The position numbers and the translations under genes were made by a program. From Chitinophagales bacterium (lineage in GTDB: Bacteria > Bacteroidota > Bacteroidia > Chitinophagales > BACL12), in the NCBI GenBank assembly GCA_044227505.1, contig JBGAWP010000005.1, forward strand, positions 22,947 to 86,946: a stretch of 64,000 nt of DNA, given 5' to 3'. Numbering within the stretch: the stretch's first letter is position 1; each line of letters opens with the position of its first letter. Positions 10,182 to 20,333 of this stretch are shown here, piece after piece. A model generated the notes under the pieces. The model saw only the letters and a list, made by a program, of their open reading frames with translations, did not search any database and was not told the origin of the DNA.

Positions 10182-12689
10182 TTAAATAATTTCAATTATT
10201 TTACTTGCAGAAGTTGTTGCTGTATTCACTTTCAGGATATAACTTCCTGCAGGTATTTTTTCAATGTCCAAATATATCATTTTTTCTGAAGGATAGGTAT
10301 CTGAACTGAAAATTGTTTGACCTAACATGTTAATTATTTGAATTTGAGCCTGGTTTTCCTTATTCTGTAAGACTATCGTTAATCTTTCAGATGCAGGATT
10401 TGGATATATCTCCAAGCCGGGAATAACCTGAGATTGTTTTAAAATTTCAATGGTCTGGTCCACATGCATTTCGCAGCCATTTCCGTATTCGATATAGTTT
10501 TTGATAGTATATATGCTTGGAATGGGAAAAAAATGTGTGGCGGGCCAATAATCCTCCGAACTTGTGCCATCGCCAAATTCCCAGTAGCTATTTGTATACG
10601 TTCCAAGAATTGTATAGTCAATAATATCAACACTGGTTTGGAGGTAGTTTGAATGGAGTCCAAAGTCAACCGTTGGAGTATTCAGGTTATTTATATATAT
10701 AATTTTGTTATTGAAACCCATTATTGAACCTGTTGCTGTTTCGGTTACTTCCAGATTAAATACAATTTCGCTTTGAAGGTCAAAAAGTGTGGGTAAAATT
10801 GTTGCCATATCAAAATTAAGTACCTTGCCAAAATAGGCATCATCGTTATAACTATTAGTCCATTTAAAAGTATAAGGATCGAGTTCTGCTCCTGCCATTA
10901 AAAGGCCCTGTTCATTATAAATGATGGGAGTTAATTTTAAATTTCCATTATTCGGTAAATAACAGGGCAGGGTTTGATTGTGAATTTTAATTGTAAAGGC
11001 AGATTGCAAATATTTAGAACTATCGGGAAGCCATTGTTGTAAGTAATGAATAACTGATTTGTAATCTTCATTATTTATCAAATTGTTCCATTCATTGGGA
11101 TCTCCTTCGCGATTTTTCCCTATTTTATAAAGTTCCTCTTCCACTGTGGAAAGTTCATAATTACAATCAGCACCATCGTCTTCATTATTAGACCTGTGTC
11201 TGATATAGTGAAACTTATTATTGCGTACAGAATATTGAGGAAAACAAGATGACTCTTCACCGCTTTCCCGTTTGTAGGTGCTGAGTACCGGTTTTTCAAT
11301 ATTGAGTTCCGGTTGTGATAAAAGGGGAGATAGCGAATTGCCGTCCAAATAATTTTCTCCATCAGGAAAAACCGGTTCGTTAATTTGAGCGAGATCGCAG
11401 ATGGTTGGAAACAGATCGAGTAAACTTATAGTACTGCTGCAAAACTGCGATGACATATTTCTATTATCTGTAATTATTACAGGAACACGCAGATCCGTTT
11501 CCCATAAAGCTCTCTTAGCCCAATGTTTTTTTTCACCCAATGAATAACCATGATCACTACTGATTATTATTACGGTATTATAATAAAGAGCAGGATTTTC
11601 TTTTAATTTTTCTAAAATTCTCCCAACCTGTGCATCAATAAACTGGATGGATGCAATATAGGCCATCACAGCATTTGCGCGTTTTGATTCCGTAAGTATT
11701 AATATTTTTTCTTCCTCCGAAAGTGCTTCTTCCATTAACGGTAAAGGATCAATGGATTCACAATTACTTATAAAGGCGTTGTGGATATAGGTGGTTGCTG
11801 AACTTTGTCCCAATGGTCCTAAATTATCATAATCGTTCCATACAATTTTTGGTTGGGGAGGCATTACAATTCCATTATAAGGAAATGCATTATAGGGATT
11901 GTTGTAAGGTTTGTTAAATGGCTCTTCGTAAATATTATCCTGATAAAATTCCGGATAATAATTTTCTGTAACGTACATCGGTAAATGCGGAAGATGATAT
12001 CCTAATGAAAGAAATAATGGGCGGTTGCAAAACAGATCCGGATGAGCAATATAATCATCAATTGTTTGAATTACACTATCTGTTGCAATGTAATCTTCCA
12101 AGGAGCTTTCAAAACTGCTATCCAGCTTCGCCCATTTAAATTGATCTATGTCTTCATCACTTTCTTCGGCAGCCGCATTTATTCCGGCACCCTGTTCGAC
12201 AGTGATGAATTTATTCCAGGATTTTGTTTTGGAGCATACATCGGGGGTTTCTGTATCAAATTCGTTTGAAGATGCATCGCAATGAAAAATTTTATCAAAT
12301 CCCGCAGTAAAATATCCGGCACTGTCTTTCAAATATTGAGGTAAGGTAATAATATAATTTCCCGGTATGAAACTTGCGCGATAATCAGCACAATTAATAT
12401 CCTGATTATTTATTAGGCCGGTGTATGAGGCATCTTTACCGGTAAAAATACTCGCGCGGGAAGCAGCACATACAGGTGAAGTGGCAAATGCATTCAAAAA
12501 CACAGTGCCGCTATCTGCAATACTTTTTATGTTAGGCGTTTTTACCTGAGGATGTCCATCATAGGGTTCAATGTAATCGTTGAGATCGTCAATGATGATA
12601 TAAATAATATTGGGTTTCGCGAGCTCAACCTGAGCTTGTAAATTTATCACCGCTCCAAGCAATAATAAAAATAAAAATGTGTTTTTCAT
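10182..12689 (-). CDS. Sulfatase + PKD + T9SS sorting domain (paralog 5, CxAxR variant)
   Basis: CAASR instead of CxPxR; SDHG; WEFGDG; IYPNPA...AGSYIL. Confidence 0.9.
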   Translation of the reverse strand: MKNTFLFLLLLGAVINLQAQVELAKPNIIYIIIDDLNDYIEPYDGHPQVKTPNIKSIADSGTVFLNAFATSPVCAASRASIFTGKDASYTGLINNQDINCADYRASFIPGNYIITLPQYLKDSAGYFTAGFDKIFHCDASSNEFDTETPDVCSKTKSWNKFITVEQGAGINAAAEESDEDIDQFKWAKLDSSFESSLEDYIATDSVIQTIDDYIAHPDLFCNRPLFLSLGYHLPHLPMYVTENYYPEFYQDNIYEEPFNKPYNNPYNAFPYNGIVMPPQPKIVWNDYDNLGPLGQSSATTYIHNAFISNCESIDPLPLMEEALSEEEKILILTESKRANAVMAYIASIQFIDAQVGRILEKLKENPALYYNTVIIISSDHGYSLGEKKHWAKRALWETDLRVPVIITDNRNMSSQFCSSTISLLDLFPTICDLAQINEPVFPDGENYLDGNSLSPLLSQPELNIEKPVLSTYKRESGEESSCFPQYSVRNNKFHYIRHRSNNEDDGADCNYELSTVEEELYKIGKNREGDPNEWNNLINNEDYKSVIHYLQQWLPDSSKYLQSAFTIKIHNQTLPCYLPNNGNLKLTPIIYNEQGLLMAGAELDPYTFKWTNSYNDDAYFGKVLNFDMATILPTLFDLQSEIVFNLEVTETATGSIMGFNNKIIYINNLNTPTVDFGLHSNYLQTSVDIIDYTILGTYTNSYWEFGDGTSSEDYWPATHFFPIPSIYTIKNYIEYGNGCEMHVDQTIEILKQSQVIPGLEIYPNPASERLTIVLQNKENQAQIQIINMLGQTIFSSDTYPSEKMIYLDIEKIPAGSYILKVNTATTSASKIIEII

Positions 12690-13033
12690 GCTGTGTGTGT
12701 TTGAACATTTATATTTTAAATTATTTAAATAAGGAATAAATTAAATTATTTTTTGTGATTCAAATTGAACCTAAATTAACTATAGCGATGCGTGTAACTT
12801 TAGATCATCTGACACAGGGCAAATAGAAAAAATAGAGTCAATTTTGGGTAATAGAACATGGTATTGGATAAACTAAAATTACTATTATCCCTATCACATA
12901 CAAGCAGAAACATGCGAATTGACCCATTTTAATTGTGAAATACCTCTTTGAGTTAGTAAAGGGAGTTCATAACCCAATTTTATGGTTAGAATTTGGGTAT
13001 TTTCTCGGCAGAACTACCGAAAGCAGAAGTTTG

Positions 13034-13074
13034 ATTTAATGAAATCAGCCGGTATTTGGCTGATTTCATTAAAT
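13034..13074 (-). terminator. Hairpin terminator after sulfatase paralog 6
   Basis: 17-bp perfect stem ATTTAATGAAATCAGCC/GGCTGATTTCATTAAAT with a 7-nt loop, just past the stop at 13081. Confidence 0.7.
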
Positions 13075-13080
13075 ATAAAA

Positions 13081-15609
13081 TTATCTTACGATTTCGAATT
13101 TGGCGTTGGTGAATACATTTTCTGAACGTATTTCAAGAATATAAGAACCAGCGGGAATAGTTTGAATATTAAGTTGTATCAATTTATTTCTGGAACTTTT
13201 TGTTTCGCTATAAACTACCTGGCCAAGGATGTTTAAAATTTGTATCTGCGCATCCTCAAGTTCATTCTGTAAGGTAATATTTAATTGGGTATTTGCAGGA
13301 TTTGGGTATAAAGCACATGTATACTCCGACACGCCTTCCCGCAATAAATTGGCTGTGCGGTGATAATTTTTTAAACAGCCATTACCATATTGAATATAAT
13401 TTGTAACCGTATAAATTCCGGGTGCTGTGTAATAATGTGTATCAGGTAAATATTCTTCTGAGGTATTTCCATCTCCAAAATCCCAATACGTATTTGTATA
13501 ACTGCCTGTTAAGGAATAGGTATTAATTGAGGTTGTTAATCCGGGAACGTCGTTGGTGAGCGTAAACCCGCCAAAAGGAGTATTTGCGGTATTAATAAAA
13601 TATGTTTTTGTATTAAATGCAACAAGATCGCCTGTAGCTGTTTCTGTTACTTCAAGATAAAATAAAATTCTGTCTTTACTTGAATAAACTGCCGGCGAAA
13701 CTGTAAGCATATTAAAGTTATAATTTTTACCAAAATATTCTGCACCGGTTAAATTATTTGTCCATTTAAAGGTATAACCGGCACCGGTTAATAATTCTCC
13801 TTCCGGGTTATAAAGTGTAGCCTGTAATTTTATTTTGCTGTTATTTTTTAAGAAGCAAGGTACAGTGCCGGCATTGGCTATATTTACAATAAAGGCTTTT
13901 TGCATATATAAAGCACTGTCAGGTAGAAACTGATGCATGTAATTAACTACAGGTGCATATGCGGGATCATTTATTAAATTATTCCATTCGTAAGGATCTG
14001 TTTCGCGATCAACACCCATGTCGTATAATTCTTCCTCCATAAAACTTGCTGTTTCATCACATGTTAAAAGGGGAGGATTATTATTGGTCTGATATTTAAT
14101 ATATTTAAATCTATTATTTCGGATGCTATACTGCGGAAAACAGGAAGCTTCGTTTACCATTCCTACAGGATTTTTAGTTTTAACTGTAGACAGTGATGGT
14201 TTTTCCCACATTAATTCAGGGTTGTTCATTAACGGCAAAAAACTGTGTCCGTCAAGATATCTTCCGCCTGCAGCAAATGTTGGTTCGGGAATATCGAGCA
14301 GGTCTAAAAGAGTTGGAAAAATATCTAAAGTACTTACACTTTTACCACATGTTTGTGCCACGGGATTACGCATGTCTGCAAATACCAGTGGTACTCTTAC
14401 GTCAGGTTCCCACATGGAAAATTTACCCCAATGTCTTTTTGTTCCAAGGGAAAAGCCATGGTCCGATGTTAAAATAATTATGCAGTTATTGTAAATTTCC
14501 GGATGTGATTGAAGTGCGGTTAAAAATCTTCCCAATTCATAATCCAAAAAATTAATACCTGCTATATATGCTAAAATTGCATTTGCTCTTTCGGTTTCAT
14601 TAATTATTTCAATTCTTTCTGCATCACTTATTCCGGCTTCAATTTCGGGAAGTGTAATTAAACTCTCTCCGTATTCATCAAAAAGTTCTGCTTCATTATC
14701 AGAGGCAAATAATTGTCCCATATATCCGAGTGAATCGTAATCAGCCCATTTTGGAACTGGTTGTGGTGGCATCAGGAGTCCGTTATAAGGAAAAGCATTA
14801 TAGGGTTCGTTATACGGTTTATTAAATGGTTCTGCGTAAATATCCTCTACATAATCCTCGTTGAAAAAACTTTCCGGAACGTAAAAATTCGCATGTGGTT
14901 TTTTAATTCCCAATCCAAGAAAAAATGGATTTCCACAGGTAACATCCGTGCCGAATGCAGCAAAGTCATCAATAAATTCAATTGCAGCATCCACACTTAC
15001 ATCATCTTCCATATAATCAATAAGTGTGTCGTCGAGACGCGCCCATTTTAATGTAAATATTCCTTCATTTACTGCGTCGCCAATCGGGTTGATAATATCA
15101 TCTTCTACATACACAAAAGCATTGTTCCAGGAAAGTTCTCTTAAACATGGATTCGGTGTTTCGTCGTCAAAATCGGAAAATGCTTCATAACAATGAAATA
15201 CTTTTCCGATAGTATAGGTATAATAATCAGCGTTGTCTTTTAAATATCCCGGCAAGGTATATACTTCCCCATTTCCATCGGCAACCTGAAAATTTTTTCT
15301 GAAATTGTAACAGGCATAACTTGTATTATCATAAACCTGAGTATATAAAACGTCTTTACCTGTAACAAGCGACGTTCTTGCCGGCGCACATTTTGGGGAA
15401 GCACAATTTGCATTTGTAAAAACAGTTCCATTTTGTACCAGGGTATTTAAATTAGGAGTAGAGGCCTGCGGAAAGTATTCAAAACCTTCCATCATGGTAT
15501 TCATATCATCCATGGTGATAAGAATGATGTATGGTTGTGCAGGGGTTTGTGCAAATGTCAGCGGGATTAATCCGGTTAACAACAAATAAAAAGTTAATTT
15601 TTTAAGCAT
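13081..15609 (-). CDS. Sulfatase + PKD + T9SS sorting domain (paralog 6)
   Basis: DDMN, CAPAR, KKPH, SDHG, WDFGDG, LYPNPA...AGSYIL. Confidence 0.92.
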   Translation of the reverse strand: MLKKLTFYLLLTGLIPLTFAQTPAQPYIILITMDDMNTMMEGFEYFPQASTPNLNTLVQNGTVFTNANCASPKCAPARTSLVTGKDVLYTQVYDNTSYACYNFRKNFQVADGNGEVYTLPGYLKDNADYYTYTIGKVFHCYEAFSDFDDETPNPCLRELSWNNAFVYVEDDIINPIGDAVNEGIFTLKWARLDDTLIDYMEDDVSVDAAIEFIDDFAAFGTDVTCGNPFFLGLGIKKPHANFYVPESFFNEDYVEDIYAEPFNKPYNEPYNAFPYNGLLMPPQPVPKWADYDSLGYMGQLFASDNEAELFDEYGESLITLPEIEAGISDAERIEIINETERANAILAYIAGINFLDYELGRFLTALQSHPEIYNNCIIILTSDHGFSLGTKRHWGKFSMWEPDVRVPLVFADMRNPVAQTCGKSVSTLDIFPTLLDLLDIPEPTFAAGGRYLDGHSFLPLMNNPELMWEKPSLSTVKTKNPVGMVNEASCFPQYSIRNNRFKYIKYQTNNNPPLLTCDETASFMEEELYDMGVDRETDPYEWNNLINDPAYAPVVNYMHQFLPDSALYMQKAFIVNIANAGTVPCFLKNNSKIKLQATLYNPEGELLTGAGYTFKWTNNLTGAEYFGKNYNFNMLTVSPAVYSSKDRILFYLEVTETATGDLVAFNTKTYFINTANTPFGGFTLTNDVPGLTTSINTYSLTGSYTNTYWDFGDGNTSEEYLPDTHYYTAPGIYTVTNYIQYGNGCLKNYHRTANLLREGVSEYTCALYPNPANTQLNITLQNELEDAQIQILNILGQVVYSETKSSRNKLIQLNIQTIPAGSYILEIRSENVFTNAKFEIVR

Positions 15610-15687
15610 TTGTGTGGTATTTCATCGCGAATATAGTAACTCCTGTATACTTTTACAATCTTAAATCAAGTTTAAAATTTTTATAAA

Positions 15688-16455
15688 ATGAAGATCATAA
15701 CCTATAATCTGAATGGCATTCGCGCTGCAATGAACCGGGGGTGGCTCGACTGGGTGCGGGAACATGCATTTGATATCATTTGTGTACAAGAATTAAAAGC
15801 AGAACCCGGACAGTTGGACGTTACACTTTTTGATCAACTGGGTTATCACCATTACTGGCATCCGGCAACAAAAAAAGGATACAGCGGTGTCGCCATTTTT
15901 TCAAAAATAAAACCGGACAATGTTGTGATAGGTTGTGGAAATAAGGATTATGATTTTGAAGGCAGGGTTATTCGTGCCGATTACGGAGATAAAAGTGTTT
16001 ACTCCATTTATTTTCCTTCCGGCACTACAGGTGATGTTCGGCAGGGAGTTAAATATCAATTCCTCGATTATATTTCCACGCATTTACAGGAGGTGCAGAA
16101 AAATAGAAAAAAATTAATTGTTTGTGGTGATTATAATATTGCACATACTCCTTTAGACATTCACGATCCAAAGGGAAATAAAAACAGCTCCGGATTTTTA
16201 CCCGAAGAACGCGCATGGATGGATACTTTTTATGGTTCGGGGTATATTGACAGCCTTCGTTTTTTTAATAAGGATCCACACCAATATACTTGGTGGAGTT
16301 ACAGAGCAAATGCAAGGGCAAATAATAAAGGATGGAGGATAGATTATATTGCTGTCACCGAAAATTTGGCGAAGGACCTTGTTGGTGCAAAGATCTATCC
16401 CGATGCCATGCACAGCGACCATTGTCCGCAGTTGTTGGAGATGAATTGGGAATGA
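15688..16455 (+). CDS. xth: Exodeoxyribonuclease III
   Basis: YNLNGIRA, QELK, GYSGVA, GDYNIAH, GWRIDY and SDHCP motifs. Confidence 0.95.
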   Translation: MKIITYNLNGIRAAMNRGWLDWVREHAFDIICVQELKAEPGQLDVTLFDQLGYHHYWHPATKKGYSGVAIFSKIKPDNVVIGCGNKDYDFEGRVIRADYGDKSVYSIYFPSGTTGDVRQGVKYQFLDYISTHLQEVQKNRKKLIVCGDYNIAHTPLDIHDPKGNKNSSGFLPEERAWMDTFYGSGYIDSLRFFNKDPHQYTWWSYRANARANNKGWRIDYIAVTENLAKDLVGAKIYPDAMHSDHCPQLLEMNWE

Positions 16456-16487
16456 AAGAATGAAGGAGTGAAGGAATGAAAAAATGA
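16451..16487 (+). repeat. Degenerate 8-mer tandem (AATGAAGG) starting within the xth stop codon
   Basis: aatgaaag aatgaagg agtgaagg aatgaaaa aatgag. Confidence 0.6.
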
Positions 16488-16495
16488 GCGCCGTC

Positions 16496-16527
16496 GACCT
16501 CACAGGTTTGGGAAACCTGTGCAGGTC
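16496..16527. repeat. REP-like palindrome, copy 1
   Basis: GACCTCACAGGTTT-GGG-AAACCTGTG(C)AGGTC; near-identical copy at 42946-42976. Confidence 0.85.
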
Positions 16528-16557
16528 TGAAATAAAATGAAAGAATAAATTTCTAAA

Positions 16558-17043
16558 TTATTTTTGCGGTTGAACACCAAATTTCTCCAGCTTCACCCCA
16601 ATACTTAAAATAAAAGGAAGCGGATTCATGCGCATATCCTGTTCAAGGGTTATGGTGTATTTTCCTTTTTGAGGAAGTAAAAAATTACTTTGAACAAGCA
16701 CCGAATTAAAACAAATACCGTCAACACAATCACCTGTCCATTCGCCGTTTGATTCAGATAAAATTACACTTACTTTATTTTTCTGAACGGTACTATCAGG
16801 AAAAACAGTGGTCATATTTAACCATAGATTATTATAGGGATATTCGTCAGTATGCCGAACATTGATATATAAGTTGTACGAAATATTTGTATCGAGAACA
16901 GAAACTTCAAAATTTTCTTGTTCTCCATAAAACCATCCTTCTTTTTCAAGCGAAATATTTTTATCGAAAACACGTGATTGCTCGCAAGCGGAAAATAATA
17001 TTGCGACAAACAATAAACAATATAGCTGGAAAAGTTTTTTCAA
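16558..17043 (-). CDS. gldH: Gliding motility lipoprotein GldH
   Basis: Lipobox FSAC; NVRHTDEYPYNNLWL, GEWTG and EQDMR motifs; typical position next to PSP1 and holB. Confidence 0.88.
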   Translation of the reverse strand: MKKLFQLYCLLFVAILFSACEQSRVFDKNISLEKEGWFYGEQENFEVSVLDTNISYNLYINVRHTDEYPYNNLWLNMTTVFPDSTVQKNKVSVILSESNGEWTGDCVDGICFNSVLVQSNFLLPQKGKYTITLEQDMRMNPLPFILSIGVKLEKFGVQPQK

Positions 17044-17049
17044 AACAAA

Positions 17050-18426
17050 TTATTTTTTATCGTCGGGATTATTATTTCTGTTATTCGGATTGTTTCTATT
17101 ATCTCTGTTTGGATTATTCCTATTATTGCGATTGGGGTTGTTCCTGTTGTCGCGATTAGGGTTATTTCTGTTATCGCGGTTTGGATTTACCTTGTCTTCC
17201 GGTCTTTTATTTCTGTTTGGATTATTATCCTGCTGATTTTGTTGCCGTGGATTTTGTTGTTTTTGATTTGGATTTCTTTGATTTGGATTGCGTTGATTCG
17301 GGTTTCTTTGGTTTGGATTTTTATTTTTCTTACCGGCCTTTTCTATTGTTTTTAAACTCACATGTTCTATTACATTAATATAATCCACTTCCTTTTTAGC
17401 AGGTTCCGCTTCTACTTTTAATCCTTCCAGATGTTCAGGTTTTTTCCCCTCCACATTCATGGCGCGAATTTCTTTTACTTTGTCGATGGTTAATGCATAT
17501 TGTTTACTGGCATCACTGTATTCATATACCATTAATTTTTTAAAGATATCTGTTTTAACTAATCGAGCATCTCCATTTTCCGTCTTTAAAAAATCGGCGT
17601 CTTTCGGAAACTCATGTAAAGCATCCATGTAGGTATCCAATTCATAATTCAAACAGCATTTTAATCTGCCGCATTGACCGGATAATTTAGATTGGTTGAT
17701 ACTGAGATTCTGATATCGGGCAGCATTTGTTCCTACCGATTTAAAATCTGTAAGCCAAGTTGAGCAACATAATTCACGTCCGCAAGAGCCCAATCCTCCA
17801 ATTTTTCCTGCTTCCTGCCGGGCTCCTATTTGCCGCATTTCCACTTTAACACGGAACTCCTTGGCGTATAATTTTATCAATTCCCTGAAATCAACACGAT
17901 CGTCGGCGATATAATAAAATGTGGCCTTTCTTTTATCCCCTTGATATTCCACCTCTCCGATCTTCATATCCAGATTGAGTTCACGGGCAAATTTTCTGGC
18001 TTTTAACATTGTTGCGCCCTCCATTGCCCGGCCTTCCATCATTTTTTGAACGTCCGTTTCAGTCGCTTTGCGCAAAATGGGTAAAAACTGACTTTCAGGA
18101 TTTACCTTGCGCTTTTTCATCTGCAATTTCACTAATTCACCGGAAAGTGAGATGCGGCCAACATCAAATCCGCTATCTGTCTCTACGCAAACCATGTCGC
18201 CGGTCATCACATCTATTTTATTTTTATTGGCGTAAAAGCCTTTGCGTATTCCATTCTTGAAGCTTATTTCGTGCACATTGCACTCTTGTCCCACCGGAAC
18301 AGGGAGAAAACGCAACCAATCGTAAGTATTTAATTTATTACATCCTCCGGTGGCACAATGCCCGTTACTCTTGCATCCCGTAGGGGTTCCGGTATTGGAA
18401 CCAACTGAACATCCTGCACAACTCAT
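17050..18426 (-). CDS. PSP1-domain (RicT/YaaT-like) Cys-rich protein with N/R/P repeat tail
   Basis: N-terminal Cys cluster; RVDFRELIK; CGRELCC and CGRLKCCLNYE motifs. Confidence 0.9.
   Translation of the reverse strand: MSCAGCSVGSNTGTPTGCKSNGHCATGGCNKLNTYDWLRFLPVPVGQECNVHEISFKNGIRKGFYANKNKIDVMTGDMVCVETDSGFDVGRISLSGELVKLQMKKRKVNPESQFLPILRKATETDVQKMMEGRAMEGATMLKARKFARELNLDMKIGEVEYQGDKRKATFYYIADDRVDFRELIKLYAKEFRVKVEMRQIGARQEAGKIGGLGSCGRELCCSTWLTDFKSVGTNAARYQNLSINQSKLSGQCGRLKCCLNYELDTYMDALHEFPKDADFLKTENGDARLVKTDIFKKLMVYEYSDASKQYALTIDKVKEIRAMNVEGKKPEHLEGLKVEAEPAKKEVDYINVIEHVSLKTIEKAGKKNKNPNQRNPNQRNPNQRNPNQKQQNPRQQNQQDNNPNRNKRPEDKVNPNRDNRNNPNRDNRNNPNRNNRNNPNRDNRNNPNNRNNNPDDKK
17062..17320 (-). 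repeat. In-frame coding repeats: NPNQR about x4 (15 bp) and NPNRDNRN about x5 (24 bp)
   Basis: Visible in the translation; synonymous positions differ between units. Confidence 0.85.
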
Positions 18427-18438
18427 TTCTTATATATT

Positions 18439-19590
18439 TTAAATGGACCATTTTTCAAAAAATGGCTCACGGTAATTGTAATTTGGTTGAAACTGTTTTA
18501 AAAGGGATATAGAAACGTATGTAATCAATATTTTCGCATTTACGTTTCTTTCTACAAAGTAAATACTTTTATCAAACAGTTCGAGAATTCGGGTAATTTT
18601 TTCTACACCCAGAAGTTTGCCCAGACCGGCAGCCGTTTTTAATTCGGCATCGGTAAGCTTGGAAATGCTTGCTGCACCTGCTTCAATAAGCAATATCTCC
18701 CTAAAGAAGTGTAGGCAATATTGAAAGAAATTTTTCTGATTTTCCCTCCCCTGTTTTACGAATTTGTCGTTCCAGGCATATAATCCCTTCACATTCTGGC
18801 GATAACACACTTCCATCCACTCCCTGATTAGAATGCCTTCTCCATCTTCCTGCATCTCCACCAATTGTGCTGCTTCATTAAAGTCGCCATCACTCAAAGC
18901 CGCTATCTTTTTAGCTTGTGGCATTTGGATATTGAATTTTTCCATCAGCGTATTGATAATTTCCTCATCAGTAAGGCGATTGAATTTTACGATCTGTAAT
19001 CGCGACATGATAGTATTGAGCACTCTTTCCTGATCATTGGCAACCAGAATAAAAACGGTATTATCAGGTGGTTCTTCAATTATTTTTAATAAGCGGTTTC
19101 CTTCCTTTTCCAGAAATTCAGGCAACCAAAGTATTAAAACTTTATAGGATGCCTCGAAATTTTTCATACTTAATCTGCGAAGAATATCGGAACATTCTTT
19201 GGAGGTGATATTTCCCTGTTTATTTTCTGCTGCTATGGATGTTATCCATTGATTGTAATTTGCATAGGGAGTTTTTTGCAAAAACTCTCTCCATTCGGGC
19301 ATATAATCGGCACACAATTCTTTTTTGTCGGTTTTAACAAAGGGAAATGTATAATGTATATCGGGGTGAATAAATTTTTGTGATTTAATGCAACTCGGGC
19401 ATTTTCCACAGGAATCTTCTGTGGTTCTATTTTCGCAATTAATGTATTGTGCGTAAGCTAATGCCATAACAAGATTTCCACATCCTTCAGGACCTAAAAA
19501 TAATTGCGCGTGACTCACACGGTTTTCCTCAACCGCTTTAATGAGTTGCTTTTTGATCCTGGTATGGCCTGTTACATCTTTAAAAAACAT
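18439..19590 (-). CDS. holB: DNA polymerase III delta-prime subunit
   Basis: HAQLFLGPEGCG, Zn-cluster cysteines, HPDIH, LLKIIEEPP, TIMSRLQ. Confidence 0.9.
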   Translation of the reverse strand: MFFKDVTGHTRIKKQLIKAVEENRVSHAQLFLGPEGCGNLVMALAYAQYINCENRTTEDSCGKCPSCIKSQKFIHPDIHYTFPFVKTDKKELCADYMPEWREFLQKTPYANYNQWITSIAAENKQGNITSKECSDILRRLSMKNFEASYKVLILWLPEFLEKEGNRLLKIIEEPPDNTVFILVANDQERVLNTIMSRLQIVKFNRLTDEEIINTLMEKFNIQMPQAKKIAALSDGDFNEAAQLVEMQEDGEGILIREWMEVCYRQNVKGLYAWNDKFVKQGRENQKNFFQYCLHFFREILLIEAGAASISKLTDAELKTAAGLGKLLGVEKITRILELFDKSIYFVERNVNAKILITYVSISLLKQFQPNYNYREPFFEKWSI

Positions 19591-19844
19591 GAATTTGTTT
19601 TGGGGATAAAGTTAAGAGAAATGGAGGATTTTTTTTGCCGCAAAGGCTCGAACACCGCAAAGTTGCGCAAATACAAAGGTGAAAAATACTAAGAGGTTAA
19701 TCCATCTAAAAACCATAATTACCTAATACACTATTTTATTTATGCTCAGGTTAAATTCAATTTCTTCAGTAATATCTAATTTAAAAATCTAGGAAAAACT
19801 TCTATGAATCCTTCCATTTTTAGAATTAAACAATTAATAAATCA

Positions 19845-20333
19845 TCAATTCAAATTCAATAGCTCCAATAATTCCTCATTGATCGGGTCCATGGAAGGTG
19901 GAAATACGGCAATTAGTTTTCCATCTTCATTAAGCAGAAATTTTTGAAAATTCCAGGTGATGGATTTATTAAGATCGCCGTCAAGTTCCTGCTCATTTAA
20001 CCATTTGAAAACAGGATTAATTGCATCGCCTATCACTTCACTTTTTGCAGCAAGCGGGAAAGTAACGCCATATCGATAAGAACAAAAATTTCGGATCTCT
20101 TTATTTGTTCCAGGCTCCTGCTCCCCAAAATTATTCGAGGGAAAGCCCACTACAACAAGATTATTTTTATAATTAGTGAACAACTCCTGCAACTGACGAT
20201 ATTGAGTGGTAAATTCACAATCGCTCGCAGTGTTCACAACAAGCACTTTTTTTCCCTTAAACGCAGCAAAATCAATTACTCCTCCATCAATGGAGGGCAC
20301 TTTTAGGTGATGTATCGTGTTTTCTTTAACCAT
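19845..20333 (-). CDS. Glutathione peroxidase family (Cys-type) peroxidase
   Basis: VNTASDC, GFPSNNFGEQEP, WNFQKFL. Confidence 0.93.
   Translation of the reverse strand: MVKENTIHHLKVPSIDGGVIDFAAFKGKKVLVVNTASDCEFTTQYRQLQELFTNYKNNLVVVGFPSNNFGEQEPGTNKEIRNFCSYRYGVTFPLAAKSEVIGDAINPVFKWLNEQELDGDLNKSITWNFQKFLLNEDGKLIAVFPPSMDPINEELLELLNLN

Noticed and set aside
19627-19672. CCGCAAAG/GCGCAAA short repeats upstream of holB
   Set aside because: Only two or three degenerate units; may belong to the repeat class but too weak to call.
19845-20333. Selenocysteine glutathione peroxidase
   Set aside because: The peroxidatic codon is TGT (Cys); there is no in-frame TGA.
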